DNA from: Spirogloea muscicola
Taxonomy: Eukaryota
Assembly: GCA_009602725.1 (NCBI GenBank)
Contig: WELB01000023.1
Location: forward strand, 202,360-266,359
Direction: 5' to 3'
DNA: 64,000 nt
A model generated the notes under the pieces. The model was not told the DNA's origin. It saw only the letters and a list, made by a program, of their open reading frames with translations, and did not search any database. Positions 12,982 to 28,305 of this stretch are shown piece after piece. A program made the translations under genes and the position numbers. How positions within the stretch are numbered: position 1 is the stretch's first letter; every line of letters starts with the position of its first letter.

Positions 12982-14598
12982 ATGCTGCGGGCCGCCCGGC
13001 TGCTGCGGCGCGCCGCCCCGCCGCCGCCGCGNAGGTGCCGCCGGCGGGCCTGGGCGGCGCCGTCCTGCGCGCGCTCGGGTACTACAGCGACGAGAGCCGG
13101 CTCATCCGCGGCGCCCGCGCGCTGCACCGCCGCATGACGGCCCTCGCCGAGTGCGACGAGCTCTACCAAGGCGAGCGCCGCCTTGCCCGCCACGGCTCTA
13201 GAGGCGAGCTCGGCAGGCCTCGGCGCCCGCCAGCGCCGCCGCTTTCAGCTCGATAACGTCGACGGCGCGCGGCTCTGAGCTGACCGATAGCTCGTTATTT
13301 ATTGCGCGATCTGCAGCGCTCGGGCTGCCCAAGAACTTCCGCACCGTGCACGCCGTCCTCGTGCTCCACATCTGGCTCTGCCTCGTGCGCCTGCGCGCCG
13401 AGGGCCCGCGCGGCGCCGAGGTCGGGCAGACCCTCTACGACCTCTTCAACCACGACTGCGAGAAGCGCATCCACGCCGCCGGGGTGAGCGCGCGCGGCAC
13501 TTGTCACAGCTCCAACAGCTTGGGCAGTGAGCCGCGGCTAACAAGGACTGCACTACACACTCGAAATACGTGGAGCTTGGCCCACGACAATTGGTGGTGA
13601 TGACCACAGAGGTTGCTCCTGTCTTCACAAGCGTAGCACAATCCAGCTCCAGACGCTCTCTCAGCACGGAAGGTCGTTGTGCCACAGGTCAAGGTCCTGA
13701 TTAGTAAGTGGATGAAGGAGCTCGAGAAGAACTTTTACGGGGCCTGCAGCGCCTACGACGATGCCGTCCTGCCCACGGCTTCCAGCGACGCCCTGCCTCG
13801 CGCCCTGTGGCGGTAGAACTCAGCTGCTGTCTGCTGGCTTCTGGCAAATTGTGTCTCTTAGTGGTAGGCAAGGTGGTGTAGAGTGTCATTTGCAAGTGAT
13901 CTCACACAGTTTCTGAGGGCCCGCAGGAGTGCAGCTCATGGTTTGCCTGCTGCCATATGCTGCCGCGCATTGGCAGGAACATCTTTGCGGAGGACGACTC
14001 AGAGATGCCGCAGGGGCCGAGCGTGGCTCCTGTGCAGGTGGGCATTCGTTGAGGAAAAACCGCAGCTGAGGTCTTGCTCACAATTGAGAAGCTGCTCAGC
14101 CAGGCCTCCAGAGACCTCAGCATGTGAAGAGTGAAAAAGGTGTTCTCAAAGTGACGTAGTGCTTAGCCTGTTTTCTCTTATCCTCCCTATACGCTTACTG
14201 AATATGAAGTGTCGCCGCTGTGCTGCTGCAGGAGCTTGCCAAGGTTGTTCGGACAGAGCTGGCCTCCCTAGCCATGACAGGTCAATTGTGCTCCTCCATG
14301 GCCAACGCCCCAGCTCCATACAAGCAGAACTATGCTCACCCTTGACTAATCCAGCTCTATGAAGTGGCTTGGATGCATTAGCTGCGTACAATGTCGGCGT
14401 GAGCCTAGAAAGTGCATGCACAGATCGAGGAACTCTATTTTCTGCTTCAGCTGTCTCCTTTGTTTCCGCTTGCAGATTCAGCCTCTATGTTGAGCGGAAA
14501 CATTGACTTCTCCTTGGGATCTGTCGCACCCATCCTGGAGCCCTCTGGACAGCCCGTGGTTGCAGCCTCGTAGTTGCTCACATGTAGCTAGCTTTTAG
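12982..14598 (+). CDS. UQCC1: Ubiquinol-cytochrome c reductase chaperone (UQCC1/Cbp3), with mitochondrial presequence-like N-terminus
   Basis: MLRAARLLRR..LGYYSDESRLIRGA..FRTVHAVLVLHIWLCLVRLRAEG..KWMKELEKNFYG..AYDDA..ALWRNIF..VRTELASLAMTD..MLSGNIDF, across GT-AG introns. There is a single N in exon 1. Confidence 0.9.
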
Positions 14599-14639
14599 TT
14601 GCTCTCATGTAGCTATTCTTTATTATCGCCGCTGCAAGT

Positions 14640-15936
14640 CCAGGAGCTTCGTCCTATGAGGTGGCTTCTCTGACTGACCGAAATAAGGCATGTGCGACTG
14701 CCATTGGCTTGCTTGCACATTGCAAGCAGACTGTCTCGTACCGCTGATGTCCTGCTGCGTGCCCTCCTTGAAGGGCATGTAATTGCCACATCAGGAGGTG
14801 TGGAGCCTTGCAGAGGATATGCACCCATTGTACTTGCCGCGCCTCTTTCATGTGCTCTGCTGTCGAATCTTCAGTTTGGCAGGCAGGCAGCACGCTTCTG
14901 GAAATTGCCGGAGAATGTGGCCTTGCCAGCGCTGCAGTGGACTGTAGGCTGCAGAATCAAGGAAGGTCGGGTGGGTTGCTGCTCATCAATTGAGCTCTGC
15001 CAACGCACTTCAGAGTTCTCACGCCAGAGCCATATGAGAAGCTGACGCAAGACTATGCCCGACAGCCGTACCTGTGGACCTTCTCCTTGACAGCCGCTCT
15101 TCTCTTTCTCGGTGACTCTCAAAGCATGCCAACAGGACCTCTTTGCCGCATACCCGCCTCTGGTGTGCCAAAGGCAGTGAGCGCACGGGCTCCCACAACC
15201 TCCTACGTGACGCCATGTATGGCATCGTCAAGGAGGCGGGATATCAAGTGGCGTTGGAGAGCACCGGGGTGATGCCCGTCCAACTCCGCAATGGGGTGCC
15301 TCGGACGAGGCGTGTCGATCTGGTTGGCGTCCCCCTGGGAGGTGGCATGCTCCTCATGGACGTCATCCTAACCGACAGCTTCCGAACAAAGGGCCCCGTA
15401 ACTTCTGAGACCGGCTATGCTGTCAAGCTGGCCGAACAGAAGAAGTTGCACAAGTACAAGGACCACCCGGCGGGTGATACCTTTTACCCCCTGGCCATGG
15501 GACATCCATGGGTGTTACGGGGGTCGGTGGTCCTCGTTGCTTACGCTGCTGGCTTCTCAAGCTGACCAGCGGCGCTGGGAACAGGGTGCAGCCCTTCCCG
15601 GTGGCTCAGTGCCTTTGGGTCTGGTGTCCTGCTACCGTATGCGATTGTCTATGTCCCTGCAGCGCTCCCAAGCGCTTGCTTTGCACCGCCGCGCTGGTCG
15701 CGCCCTTGCAGCAGCCTCTGGCTTGCGCAGCGGGGTTGCTCTTCCTCCCCTCAGCTCATCTGACTTCCTACTGCTGACACGGGGGTATTGAGGGCGCCCT
15801 GTCTGCCTAGCCTTTGGCTCCGTCATGAACACCTGTATGCATCTGGCTGGCTTTTCACAGCCGATTCTTTGATATCAGCAGCCGAACTTCTTTCACAGCC
15901 GCTCTTGAATATCACCAGCCGCTTTCTTCTTCACAG
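14640..15936 (+). mobile_element. Decayed 5'-truncated CRE-like retrotransposon (Zn-knuckle remnant, REL endonuclease, tail with short tandem repeat)
   Basis: HT..WCAKG..HNLLRD..RRVDLV..LLMDVILTD..AEQKKLHKY, a frameshift, then RLSMSLQRSQALALH..LLTRGY* (15791). A tttcacagccg..tatcagcagccg unit occurs about twice at 15852-15936. The 5' limit is uncertain. Confidence 0.85.
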
Positions 15937-16003
15937 AGCCACTTGGGTCAAGATTGTAGCTGCCAGAGAGTCAGAAAGTCCGAGGCTCAGCCCGCTCTGA
16001 ACC

Positions 16004-19000
16004 ATGGCTGCGCCGCCCGCGGGAAGCGGCGGAGGCGGCGGCGACGGCAAGGAGGCCGCGGCTCGAGCGCCGCGCAGGACGGCGGCGNTGCCGCCGCCGC
16101 CGCCGCCGCCGCGGAGCCCGGTCTTGGCTCGGAGAAATGCTCGCCGCTGGAAGGCTAGAGCCAGGGGCCGCGCCGTCGAGCTGACGGCGGCGGCGGCAAC
16201 GGCGGCGACGGCGGCGCAGGTTCGCGACCTCCGGCGTGGCCTTCCTTCTCCTCCGCGCCTGGGCGGCCGCCACCGGTCAGTCGATCGCCGGGACGGCCGC
16301 TAGAGCCAGGGCCCCTGGTCATCGCCGTTGTCTGGTCATCGAAGCTCCTTGCCGCACAAGCGGGGGTCGCTTCGGCAGCAGCTGTGGCAACGGCAGTCGT
16401 TGCGCATTGCACCTGAGCTGTGGACTCGCTGTCCTTCAACAGCTTGGTGCTGCTTAAGCCAGGCGCTGAGAGGCCTTGCCGCCGTCGCCGCAGGGACGGA
16501 GGTCGGCTTCTGGCAGCTGCTCTGGGCCCCGCGGCTGGCCATGGCGCTGCTGTCCTTCCTTCTAGGTGCGCCCTCAGTTTCCTCATGCATCAGGCAGTCT
16601 GCTCCATCATGCAGGCCAACTACTAGCTAGGCACATTGCTTGTCATTCTCTCATTGTACTTAACAATAAGATGTCTTGCTGAGCTTGCAGCCCCTTTACC
16701 AACCCCATTGATACCTATGACGATGTTCAGTGTAGCAAATTACGACCTTAGTCCCAGGTCCTTCATGCGCTTGGGCAACCCAAACCCACAAAGCAGCTCC
16801 TTTCATAGTAAGTCATTAGCGTTTGGGGCTTCTGCTAGCCCTGTCGCTTCTGCTAGCCCTGTCGCATGGTCTGACTCTGCGCCGGCGCGCATGACAGATG
16901 CTGCAACCTTCCGCCTCTGCTCAAGGCTAGGCGTGCCCCCGATGGGCCGCGCCCTCACGCTCGCGTCGGCCTGGCCGCTTCTCGTGCTCCAAGTCCGCCC
17001 CTTCTCCAACTCCCTGGAGGCTGTCCTCCTGGCCCTCACGCTCATTGTGGCAGTCGACGCGGACGGTGTCGTGCACGCTCAGTCAGCCGAGGAGCCTCTG
17101 CATGCCGAGGACTCGCAAGCGCGGAAAGAGGAAAGAGGACAGGTGACCCCATTGGCGGCAGCGCCAGAAGTAGCAGGAGATAGAAGACGCTGGGTCTCAC
17201 GGCGAAAGCTCTTGGCTTGCTGCCTGGTCGGCGCTGTGACGGCAGTCGGCTTCTTCATCCGCTTCACTTTCGTGCTGTTTGCCCTCCCGGTGGGGCTTTA
17301 TATCGTCCTCGACAAACCCTTGGCAGACTGTGGCTCTGCCCGTGCCCGGGGCATGGTTGCAAGGGCCCTCGCGGGAGCTGGGGGGTTTCTCCTCTCCTCC
17401 AGCATGCTCGTGCTTTGCGATTCCATATATTTCTGCTCGCCGGCGTTCACTTGGGACAAGCTTGACTTCCACCTGCTCAAGAACTCGGCTAAACTGGTAT
17501 GTTCTCAACCATACCCATGTATTGTCTGTATAGTCCATGCTCTCAAAAGGTTGCTAATAGTGGGGACTATCATTCAGATCAGTGGGTCAAGATCGGGGTT
17601 AGTGTGAAGCAAGGAGCAAGGGTGTACAATTTAGACTGCCAGAGGTCTAAGTCTCTGAGGCTAGTCCTGGTCACCTACAGTCAGTGGTATGCGACGCAAT
17701 ACACGTTGACTTCCATGCCCCATCATTGGCAGAAAGTGGTCATCACCCCATTAAATGGCATGATGTACAACGCCAAATTATCCAATCTGGCTATTCATGG
17801 TATCTTTGCTGCAAAGTATTTGCATCTGCATTGTATCTGTATTGGGATCTTGAGTCCTAGTAAGGTTGACTATTGACTAGTTGCTGCCTGCTCCTGTAAG
17901 GATTATTGCAAAGGAAGCTCGAGCATCTTGCATTGTATTTTGCTAGTAGTCCAGACTTTTCAGTTGTGATTACAAATCTCCTTCTGCACGCCATCACTGC
18001 ATTTGTTGTGCTAGGTCTGCATCCGCACTATTTACATGCTCTTGTCAACCTGCCGCTGCTATTCGGACCACTTGCAATAGCTGCGCTTCAGGGAGCTGGG
18101 GCTCATCTGAAGATGCTCTCCACCACTACAGGTAAGCACTTCCACGCAGTCCTTTGGTAATGAAGTCTCCAGGCACCCTTCTCCCCTCAGTTGACATAAC
18201 AAGGAATCAATAGCATTAGTACTCCTGCTTTTGGACACATCGCAAGGAGGTCATTGCTCATGCTTGAGCGTCCATGTTTCCATGAATACCTCTAAACAAG
18301 AAGCCTCTGCAGACTTCAGGCAGGCTAGCACGTCTGCCATCACTGGAAGGCGTCTGCGAGTAACTCTTGGTGCCTGCATCATCCTGCCACTCTTCGCTCT
18401 TTCCTTGGCCCCACATCAGGCAACCTCCAGCTCAGTACAAACTTAAGGGTCCACCTCTGGTCAAGCTAGTGGGCCACGATGGAGTCAATGTGTTTGGCTT
18501 CCACCCATGAGGATCTCCCAGACCATGCCGCTATGTCTATACTGGTAAAGCATCGTGCTCTGTGTAGCCGGTCCAAGAGGGTTGCCACGTCTTTGGTGAA
18601 AGGTAGAAACCTTGAGTAACATATCAATCTGGTCAGATGCTAGTTCCACGTGAAGCTGGCAAGTAACTTCATTGTTTCTAGTGCTCATAGTGGCTGAGAG
18701 TCCTGGTCCAACAAGACTCCTATCCCCGTGCCGCACTTTGACCCCGCACTTCTACCAACTGTGTAGTCCACACATCTATATCTCAGATCTTTTTCTTCAG
18801 AAGGTCTAAGTAGGACGTGAGGTGAAGGTCCACTTCATGTCGCATGTGCAATGGTGGGAAGTCTGAGTAGGAGGTGGGATGTTTGCCCAATTGGTGTTGC
18901 ATGTTGTGACACAGGAATGATCATGTTTGTGCAGGAGCCTCGCTTCCTGCTGCCAATGCTTTTACCACTTGCGGTGCTTTATGGGGATGTCCCAATGTCA

Positions 19001-20584
19001 AGTAAAAAGAGACTGGTAAGAGACTCTGTCTATTTCTGAGCAAGGGACTTGTGAGGTGTTTTATGGTGACTCCTGCACTAAGAGTCCACATAGTATAGTG
19101 TTGACGAATACCTCTGATGCCCTCCTGATGGGCTACCGAATGCAGTGGTTAATGATGTTATCTCTTTCGCTGAGGTCAAACTTGCCTTCTTTTTCAGACT
19201 TGCTAGCCGTGTAGTGACGTCGATCATACATTCATCGAGATTTGTGCAACCTTGCAGATTCTGTGGATCTCTTTCAATAGCCTTGGCCTTGTGTTCTTCG
19301 GATTTCTTCACCAGGTATTGAGGCTCCTCTGTCAGGCTCGTCGCTAGCCTCCAGCAAGTCACAGTTGATAGTACGCAGAGACACGGGCCATGTAGCACGT
19401 GGGGCAAAGCAAGCAGAGTCCAATAACAAACCGACTGAAGTTATGTAGCTCCAAAGCGTGTAACTCAAAATCTTGATGCCGTTTCAGGGGGGCCTTGTTC
19501 CTGCTCTAGCATACATCCACCGGCATCTGCACGCCCCTGAGCTCACAGCACGGTGGCTGGATCTCCAGGATGGGGAAGGTCCGCCATGCACCTCCGCTTC
19601 TCTTATGCATCACAATCAGGCCTATGAGATTGTTAGCCATTGTCATGTCTTGAAGGTCTTGAGATGCTGACAGCATTGTGGAGTTTGTGCTCAGGTACTA
19701 CAAGCTGCAGGGGTGATAGTGTACCTACTCTTGCACGTCCTGTGCATGTGGACCTTATCTTCTACAGGACCTACATGCCCCCTGGCCACCTGCTTGCCAT
19801 CCCCAGCAGTGGCATCATTGGTGAGATATGCAACAGATCCTCCATGCTCCTCTGTGCATGCGCAGTTCATTTGAGCCAGCAACCAACAAGCACACAAAGA
19901 CTTGATGACAGTCCTCATTTTCTACTGGCCAGCTTCTTGAGGGTGCCTGAGCTATGAGTCTTGGGTGCATTGATGGAATGACAACACCCTTTCAACATCT
20001 CAAATGGCTTCTGAGATTGTGGATTTGGATGAGCCTGCCTCATACTGACATTGCCGGTGAGCCCAGATGCAAAGTCCAGGCAACTGTCCGTGGAGGTTTT
20101 GGACCTGGGCGATGTTCAGTATGGGGCCTTTGAGTCTGCTGTCCTATCCAGGCGCGCCACAAGCTGCCTGGAGTCAAGACCATGCAACCCAGACACATGT
20201 GCAACCAAGGCAAACATCTGCTCAGCCGCTTACAACATCACCATTTTGATTGCTCCTGCCACAGTCTCGCTGGGGAGGATGATGGGTTTGCGAGGTTTTA
20301 CAGAGCAGCAGCCATCAACGCCAGACTCAGCGCTAGGCAAAGGCGCTGCTTGTGACTGCCCTTCTTCTTGTCAGGATGACGTGCAAACGGGTGCTGCGGG
20401 AGGCCAAGGCTGTGAACACAGTGGCTGCCTCCACCTTCTGCACAGCTTTGGCCCGCATCTCAGCACCGAAGAGCTGGATGTGTTGGTGGCGCTGGCCAAT
20501 CAAGAGGGGCTGCAAGCCATGACTTCAGCTGTGAAGCTCAATCTGTACATTGACCACTGTCACCTGCATGGGCGTTGCTGCTGA
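16004..20584 (+). CDS. PIGZ: GPI mannosyltransferase 4 (PIG-Z/SMP3, GT22 family), multi-exon
   Basis: APRLAMALLSFLLD, RPFSNSLE, GFFIRFTF..F, DSIYF, VITPLN..YN..NLAIHGLHPHYLH..VNLPLLFGP, LSLAPHQEPRFLLP, FGFLHQGGLVP, FYRTYMPP.HL, PHLSTE. The N-terminal exon structure is uncertain. Confidence 0.85.
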
Positions 20585-20912
20585 TCCTGGCAGAGGGAAG
20601 CACATCAAAATCCACTACCGTGTTGCATTGGTCACAACAGCAGCGTCAAGTAGTGCCGAAGCCTTGTCTCATGGGCGAATATGACAAAGACAGAGCCAAG
20701 TGATCCTGCTTGCTGCTTGTTGAAATGCTCACACAACCACTTCGTGGGCCTCCCCGTGGCACTGTTTGAAGAGCGTAGCCAATGGCACAGTGGCTTCAAT
20801 CCCCACTGAAGTGAAGGCCATGGGCCTTGAGAAGCTCAGTTGAGGACATGGTGTGCATGACAAGCAACGCTGGTAGGTAAGCAGCATCGCGTCAGGCGAG
20901 CTAGCATGTCTG

Positions 20913-20943
20913 TTTAGGGTTTAAGATTTAGGGTTTAGGGTTT
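20913..20943 (+). repeat. Interstitial plant-type telomeric repeat (TTTAGGG x4, one degenerate)
   Basis: tttaggg tttaaga tttaggg tttaggg ttt. Confidence 0.8.
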
Positions 20944-21641
20944 GCACAGACATAAGCTTGTCCATGCAACTCCATGCCACACCTACAGAGACCACTGCAG
21001 CAAGATACTACAAAGAAGAAATGTACTGGGCATGATGCCCTCGCTTCGCAACCAGCTGCCACCACTGAATGAGCAGACGGTCGCTGAAGATGTCAGACAT
21101 AACCAATTGACATGTTATTACGAATGTTTCCAACTCACATTATAAAGTGACATCAACACAATCCTCTGAAAACTCGTCACAAGTCATGCTTCTATTCGGC
21201 GTAGGTATCTCACGTTTTTTGGAACGAATTTTAGGAGCAGCAAATTTAAATTGGTGTCATTGCCCTCAAACCAATCTTATGTGCCCTTTGCAGTGAACAA
21301 GCCATCCAAAGTAGAAGGTTCAAAACACTTCGGTGCCAGCAGCTGCACGCCACAACTGATGCATATGGCTTGCATTGCCAATCCCAGGACAAGCAAAAGG
21401 AATTACTGTGCATGACTGAAAGTTGCGCCTGTGATGACAGCCTAACCAAGAATACCTTGGGAGCACTGATTGAAGCGACGGGTTGGGTGGCTGCAACAGA
21501 AGCCTTGACAATGATTTAGGGGCATGAGTGATTGCAGCTGACTGTAAGTCACTGGCTCCAGATTACGGAGCACCCTTACGGACGAGGACACAGAAGTATG
21601 TGCAAAGAATATAGGCTTCTCACCTTGTCATCTAAATGCTG

Positions 21642-23739
<2,098 letters not shown>

Positions 23740-23754
23740 NTTCTTCTTTCTTCT

Positions 23755-23940
23755 AGTTGGTGGCAGAAGGGCTCCGTTTCTGGCATCTAGTATTTATGCA
23801 TCGATTAGTGACCTTTATGCATTGACCAGTGGCTATTGAGCGGGTCAATCTGCTGTAGGTTTTGTAGATTTTTAGATGTGCTTGCCTTCGTACTTGGCCA
23901 TTTGGCCTACGTTTGTTTCTAGTACACGGAATCCTCTCGT
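23755..23940 (+). mobile_element. Family A retroelement 3' end
   Basis: Matches 33760-33940: ORF end, then gagcgggtcaa.ctgctgtagg..gatgtgcttgcc..tacttggccatttggcc. Confidence 0.9.
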
Positions 23941-24054
23941 CTCCCGCCGCGTTGCCAACCGGGGCAACGGCTCTGAACCTCTCCCCCCTGCCCGCTCCCG
24001 CCGGGCAGCGGAAACAAAACCGGCAAGCTCCTTCTCGCCCCATCTGCGGGCCCC

Positions 24055-24091
<37 letters not shown>

Positions 24092-25275
24092 ACTTCGCGC
24101 AGCGGGCCGGACGACCGGCGATCGGCTGCAAGGCCAGGTCAGGCAGCTCTGTGCCTTGAGCCGGATGCCGCATAGCGCAGCGTCTGCAGCCGCTCGGCCA
24201 TTGGTGGCCTCGCTTGGCATCCTGTGGTGCTCTTTGTCCCATCAGCCGCGTTGCCTACGGTCAGCCTCCCCGCGGCCGCCACCGCGCCTTCGTCCCGGCG
24301 CAGCGCTCCGCCACCGTCCCGCTGGCTCGCTGTCGGCGCCGCCTTCCTGGATCACAACTGGAAAGTGTCAATTCAGATCGATCATCGTTCGTGGTGCGGC
24401 TTGCCACTTCCTTCACTTATCCATGGCGGTCATGCCTGCTGCAACCACCACGCTTAACAAGCGGAGATCTTGATTGCCGGCGACAGTATCGTCAATCTGC
24501 AGCCGTGCAATCTGTACTATACGTTTTGACAGGTGCCATAAGCGGTTGATCAGGGAGAGCTCCGCTGGTCTCGTACATTTCAAGTGACAGCACCTCATCA
24601 ACCAGGCTAGGAAGCGAATTCAGCAATGCGAGTCAGACGCAGAAGTACTTCTTCACTAGACATGAGTGGAGCTTGCACGAGCGACAGTGACTAGGTAGGC
24701 CAACTGCAGGTTGCTTCTGTGCTTGATTTAACAAGCCGCTCAGCTGTACTATGTGTGGCACGCAAAGCGAAGGTAAAAGTGGCCCCTCCGCAATCGTTGA
24801 TCCTGGAAATCTTGGACATTTGAGCAAGTTAAGCCTCAGCCATTGTTTGTTTTGCTCCTGCTTAGACAGTGTTTCTGAACTGTGGCGTGTCTGTAGCCAG
24901 CGTTCACTGCCATCGCTTTGTTCACGACATTGCATCTACCTTGTCCTATGACAATGCATCTGCCCTATCGTTATCGCGCCTTGCCTAGCTAGTCAAAAGT
25001 TGCGCATGCAGAAGAGCAAGTGCTGCTGCTTGCAAGCGCCAGCGTTTGACTTGCGATTGGTGATTCCTTGTCAGGGCTGGGTGTGTCTGTCAAATATTTG
25101 AAGACTGCCTTTGCTGCATCGTCACTGACTCTCACTGATAGGGCCACTGCAAGAATGACGTTTTAATGCCCTGCCTTGAGTCTATTGCAGCAGAAATATC
25201 GCTGTGTTCCCTAGGCGGATATATCTGATAAGTGTTTGAGGAAGCGTGGCATGTATTGACGGGCCTTACTGCTTA

Positions 25276-25360
25276 CTAACATTCGGCTCCTCTTGACCTT
25301 GTCCATTCCTTTTGGGCTGGCTTCTCCCAGCCACCAGTCAATTCGGCCGCGCTTTTACTT
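25276..25360 (+). repeat. Family E tail/SINE-like repeat
   Basis: gaccttgtccattccttttgggctggc..cccagccaccagtcaat..ggccgcgctt, also at 34341-34422 and 61462-61540. Confidence 0.8.
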
Positions 25361-25489
25361 ACTAACATACTGAGAGAGTAAGAAAGGCTGCGAGGATTCC
25401 CATTTTTATGTGAACCCGCTTCTTCACCTGCTGCTTCACCTGCACTACAGAACTGTGGACTACGACAGCCACAAAATTGCATGCAGTAC

Positions 25490-26480
25490 CTGGATTGTGC
25501 AGGCAACAAGCATTGGCACGCCGGATGTTTCCGAGCAAAGTGCAGTTGCTCTTCAGTGGCGCTCCTAGGTGAATGCAGAGCACCGCCACTCCAATTTTGC
25601 ATTCTGGTGGCGGCTACTGGTAGAATATGCCACGGAGTCTAGATGCCACTGATGAGGGTGTAGTATCCAGTCGACTTCCAGTCGAACTCAAGCAGATGTG
25701 CAGAGATAGGGGGATAAATACCAGAAGTTCTTAGCAACAATTTCCAGGATCAATCAATCTGAAGACGATCACTGAGAAGAGTGTTGTCCATTCTGGACAA
25801 ATCTTAAAGGTAGTTCCTGCTTTCTCTAACAATGATATTGATATACCATCTTGTTTGCAAGCAGCTCTGACTTCCAACATGTACTGCAAAAGGAGCAAGC
25901 AATTGCCGATGGGATAATCTAGTTACATAAATATAAAACTTGGAGATTAGAAAGGTTACCTGCAGGAAGAAAGGCAATAAGTGGGTCTTCAAGATAAAGC
26001 GAAATACTGATGGTGTTATTGACAGTTACAAGCCAGGTTGGTTGTAAAAGGTTGTGCTCAAATAGAAGGTATTGATGTCCTTGAAAACCCTTGGCTCCAA
26101 CACTTTACCTTACATATGTGAGAATAGTCTTATCACTGGGAGCATGTTTGAAACTTCGAAATACCAAAGGGATGTACGTACTACAATGGAGATCTACAAG
26201 AGAAATTCTACATGCAACACATTGAAGCCCATCTGTGCAGGGACAGGAGCAAGCGTCGAGGGCATGGTATCAACACATTGATCAGCTAGATTGAAGAATG
26301 GCTTTTCTAGATGCCATTCTGAGTATACATTCTATGTATAGGGGTCAGGTATAGAACAACTCGTCCTTGCCTTATATGTGAATTATATGTTGATACATCT
26401 ACGGACACTGAAGGAATCGAAAAAGTCAGACAAGTCCTAGCTTCAGAAATCTGAAATATTAGATGTAGGCGAACTCAAAC
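25490..26480 (+). mobile_element. Degenerate Ty1/copia pol remnant (integrase trace and RT)
   Basis: WVFKIKRNTDGVIDSYK/ARLVVKGCAQIEGID at ~25982-26077, LVLALYVNYMLI (eroded LYVDD) at ~26360-26395 and an EILDVGEL-like motif. Frameshifts and stops; locally AT-rich. Confidence 0.8.
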
Positions 26481-27037
26481 AGAAACAAACAAAGTCAAAC
26501 AAGTCAAACAACAACGGACTAGTACATGAGATATATGTAAAGCTCTGCATGCTGCGCCAGTGTCACGAGTAACGTGGCAAGGCCGCCTGCTATGAGCTGC
26601 TAATAAACACTACAGAAGACCCAACGACCTCCGCAGAAAGTACTAGCTAGCAGGTGTAGGGTGGCTGAGTCGCAACTCGAGCCAACCTCTACTCGCTGGC
26701 TATGGAGCTTCCACAAGTGGTAATATGTATCTCTACAAACCCGACCAGGCTGCTGAAAGAGCTGCCGCTTATCAGGCAGCCCCAACTCATAGCTGCTGGC
26801 GGAGTGGTGCAAGGGAGACTATAAGTATTGCATACATAAGGTGCTCGTGTGTCAGCCTTCGAGAAGCCTGTGAGCAAGATGAGCTAAACCAGGCGTTCCG
26901 CAGAACTGGAGTTAGAGAGACCAAGACTAGCCTTTGTGGCATGCCACACACGAGGCAGAACTGGCAGCAAGGCGCGGTAGAGCGAGCTGCCTTTGGTACT
27001 TTGCGTCCGGAGGTGGCTGCGATGATGGGGCCGGTCA

Positions 27038-28305
27038 CTAGTAGCAGATGACCATGGTGTCGAAGCTGCTCAGGCAGATGGCAAAGGCTTGGAAGGCGGA
27101 AAGCGGGTAGCGGTAGTCCATTGTGAATGTGTCCTTGCCAATCTTGCCGGACTGCAGCAGCACGGGCGAGGGCGAGGAGGGGGCAGCAGCGGCCCCCGTG
27201 GCACTGCTGCCGCCTCCTGGAACGGCGCTGTTGGGGTTAGGTACCGAGGTGAAGTCGAAGTCGAAAGGGTAATAAAGTAGCCGTCGGAAAACCGGCGGCT
27301 GGATTGACTCTTTTATGGCACCATCCACCAGCTGGAAGTTCTTGATGGACGGCATCGTCACACGGCCCTGGAAGTTGAGCGACCAGCACTGCAAGGCGGC
27401 CAACGCACTGTGACCGTGAGATCATGGCAAACAGTGCACGAGAGAGGTTGCTGCAACAACGTGGCTCAGAAGCGAGTTCACAAGCCAACTGCAATGCAGC
27501 GCTGGGCTATGGAAGCCGGCGGCCGAGGCTGCCACAGCGGTGGCGGCCGGTGGTGGAGGCTGAAGCGGCAGCTCACTTGTAGGTGCGGGTGCCAACGTGC
27601 CGTCCTGCTCTTCAGCACCATGGGCTCGAGGCCACCGGCACCGGCACCGCCGCAGTCGCTGCCAGCGAACTCGAAGCAGTCTGCCACTGCAGCCCGGGAT
27701 CGTGAACCATTTGTGCTGCTGAGCTTCGTCGAGGCGGCGGTATGGGCCCCGGTGGCGGCAATCGCGGCGGTCGCGGCGGTCGCGGCCAGGGAGCTGTCTC
27801 CGGCGGAAGCCGTGGCCGTCGCCTGCGCCGGCGCCGGCGGCGGCTTGCTGGGTACCGTGTGCAGGGTGCAGGTCATGCGGCGGGGCCCTTCGGGCGCGCG
27901 GGCGGAAAACTCTCTGAGCGCGAATTCCACGGCCATGGTCACGCCGCCGCCATCGCCGCCGCCGCCGCCGCCGCCGCTCGCGGCCTTGCCCGAGGAGAGG
28001 GAGGAGGTTGCGCCGCCGCCGGCATCGGGGTCGTTGTCGAAGACGGTGAACTGGGTGCCGAAGAATTCGGCGCGGAGGCGGCCGAGCACGGGGCCGGCAT
28101 CGCCGCCGGGGCCGGCGGCGCTGATGGCGTAGTCAGCGGAGCACGGCCGCCAGCGGGACTTGCGCGCGGCGAGCAGGAGGAGCTTGCCGCCGGGCTGCGG
28201 CCCCAGGTGTAGCGCGTACGTGCCGGCGCGGCGGTCGCGCCGGATGTAGCACTCCACGGCGCGGTCGCGCGGGCCGGGCGCGCGCAGCTGCGCCGGGGAC
28301 GCGAG
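27038..28305 (-). CDS. TLP: Tubby-like protein (Tub domain); 5' part in the assembly gap
   Basis: [99 protein letters not shown]. Confidence 0.93.
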
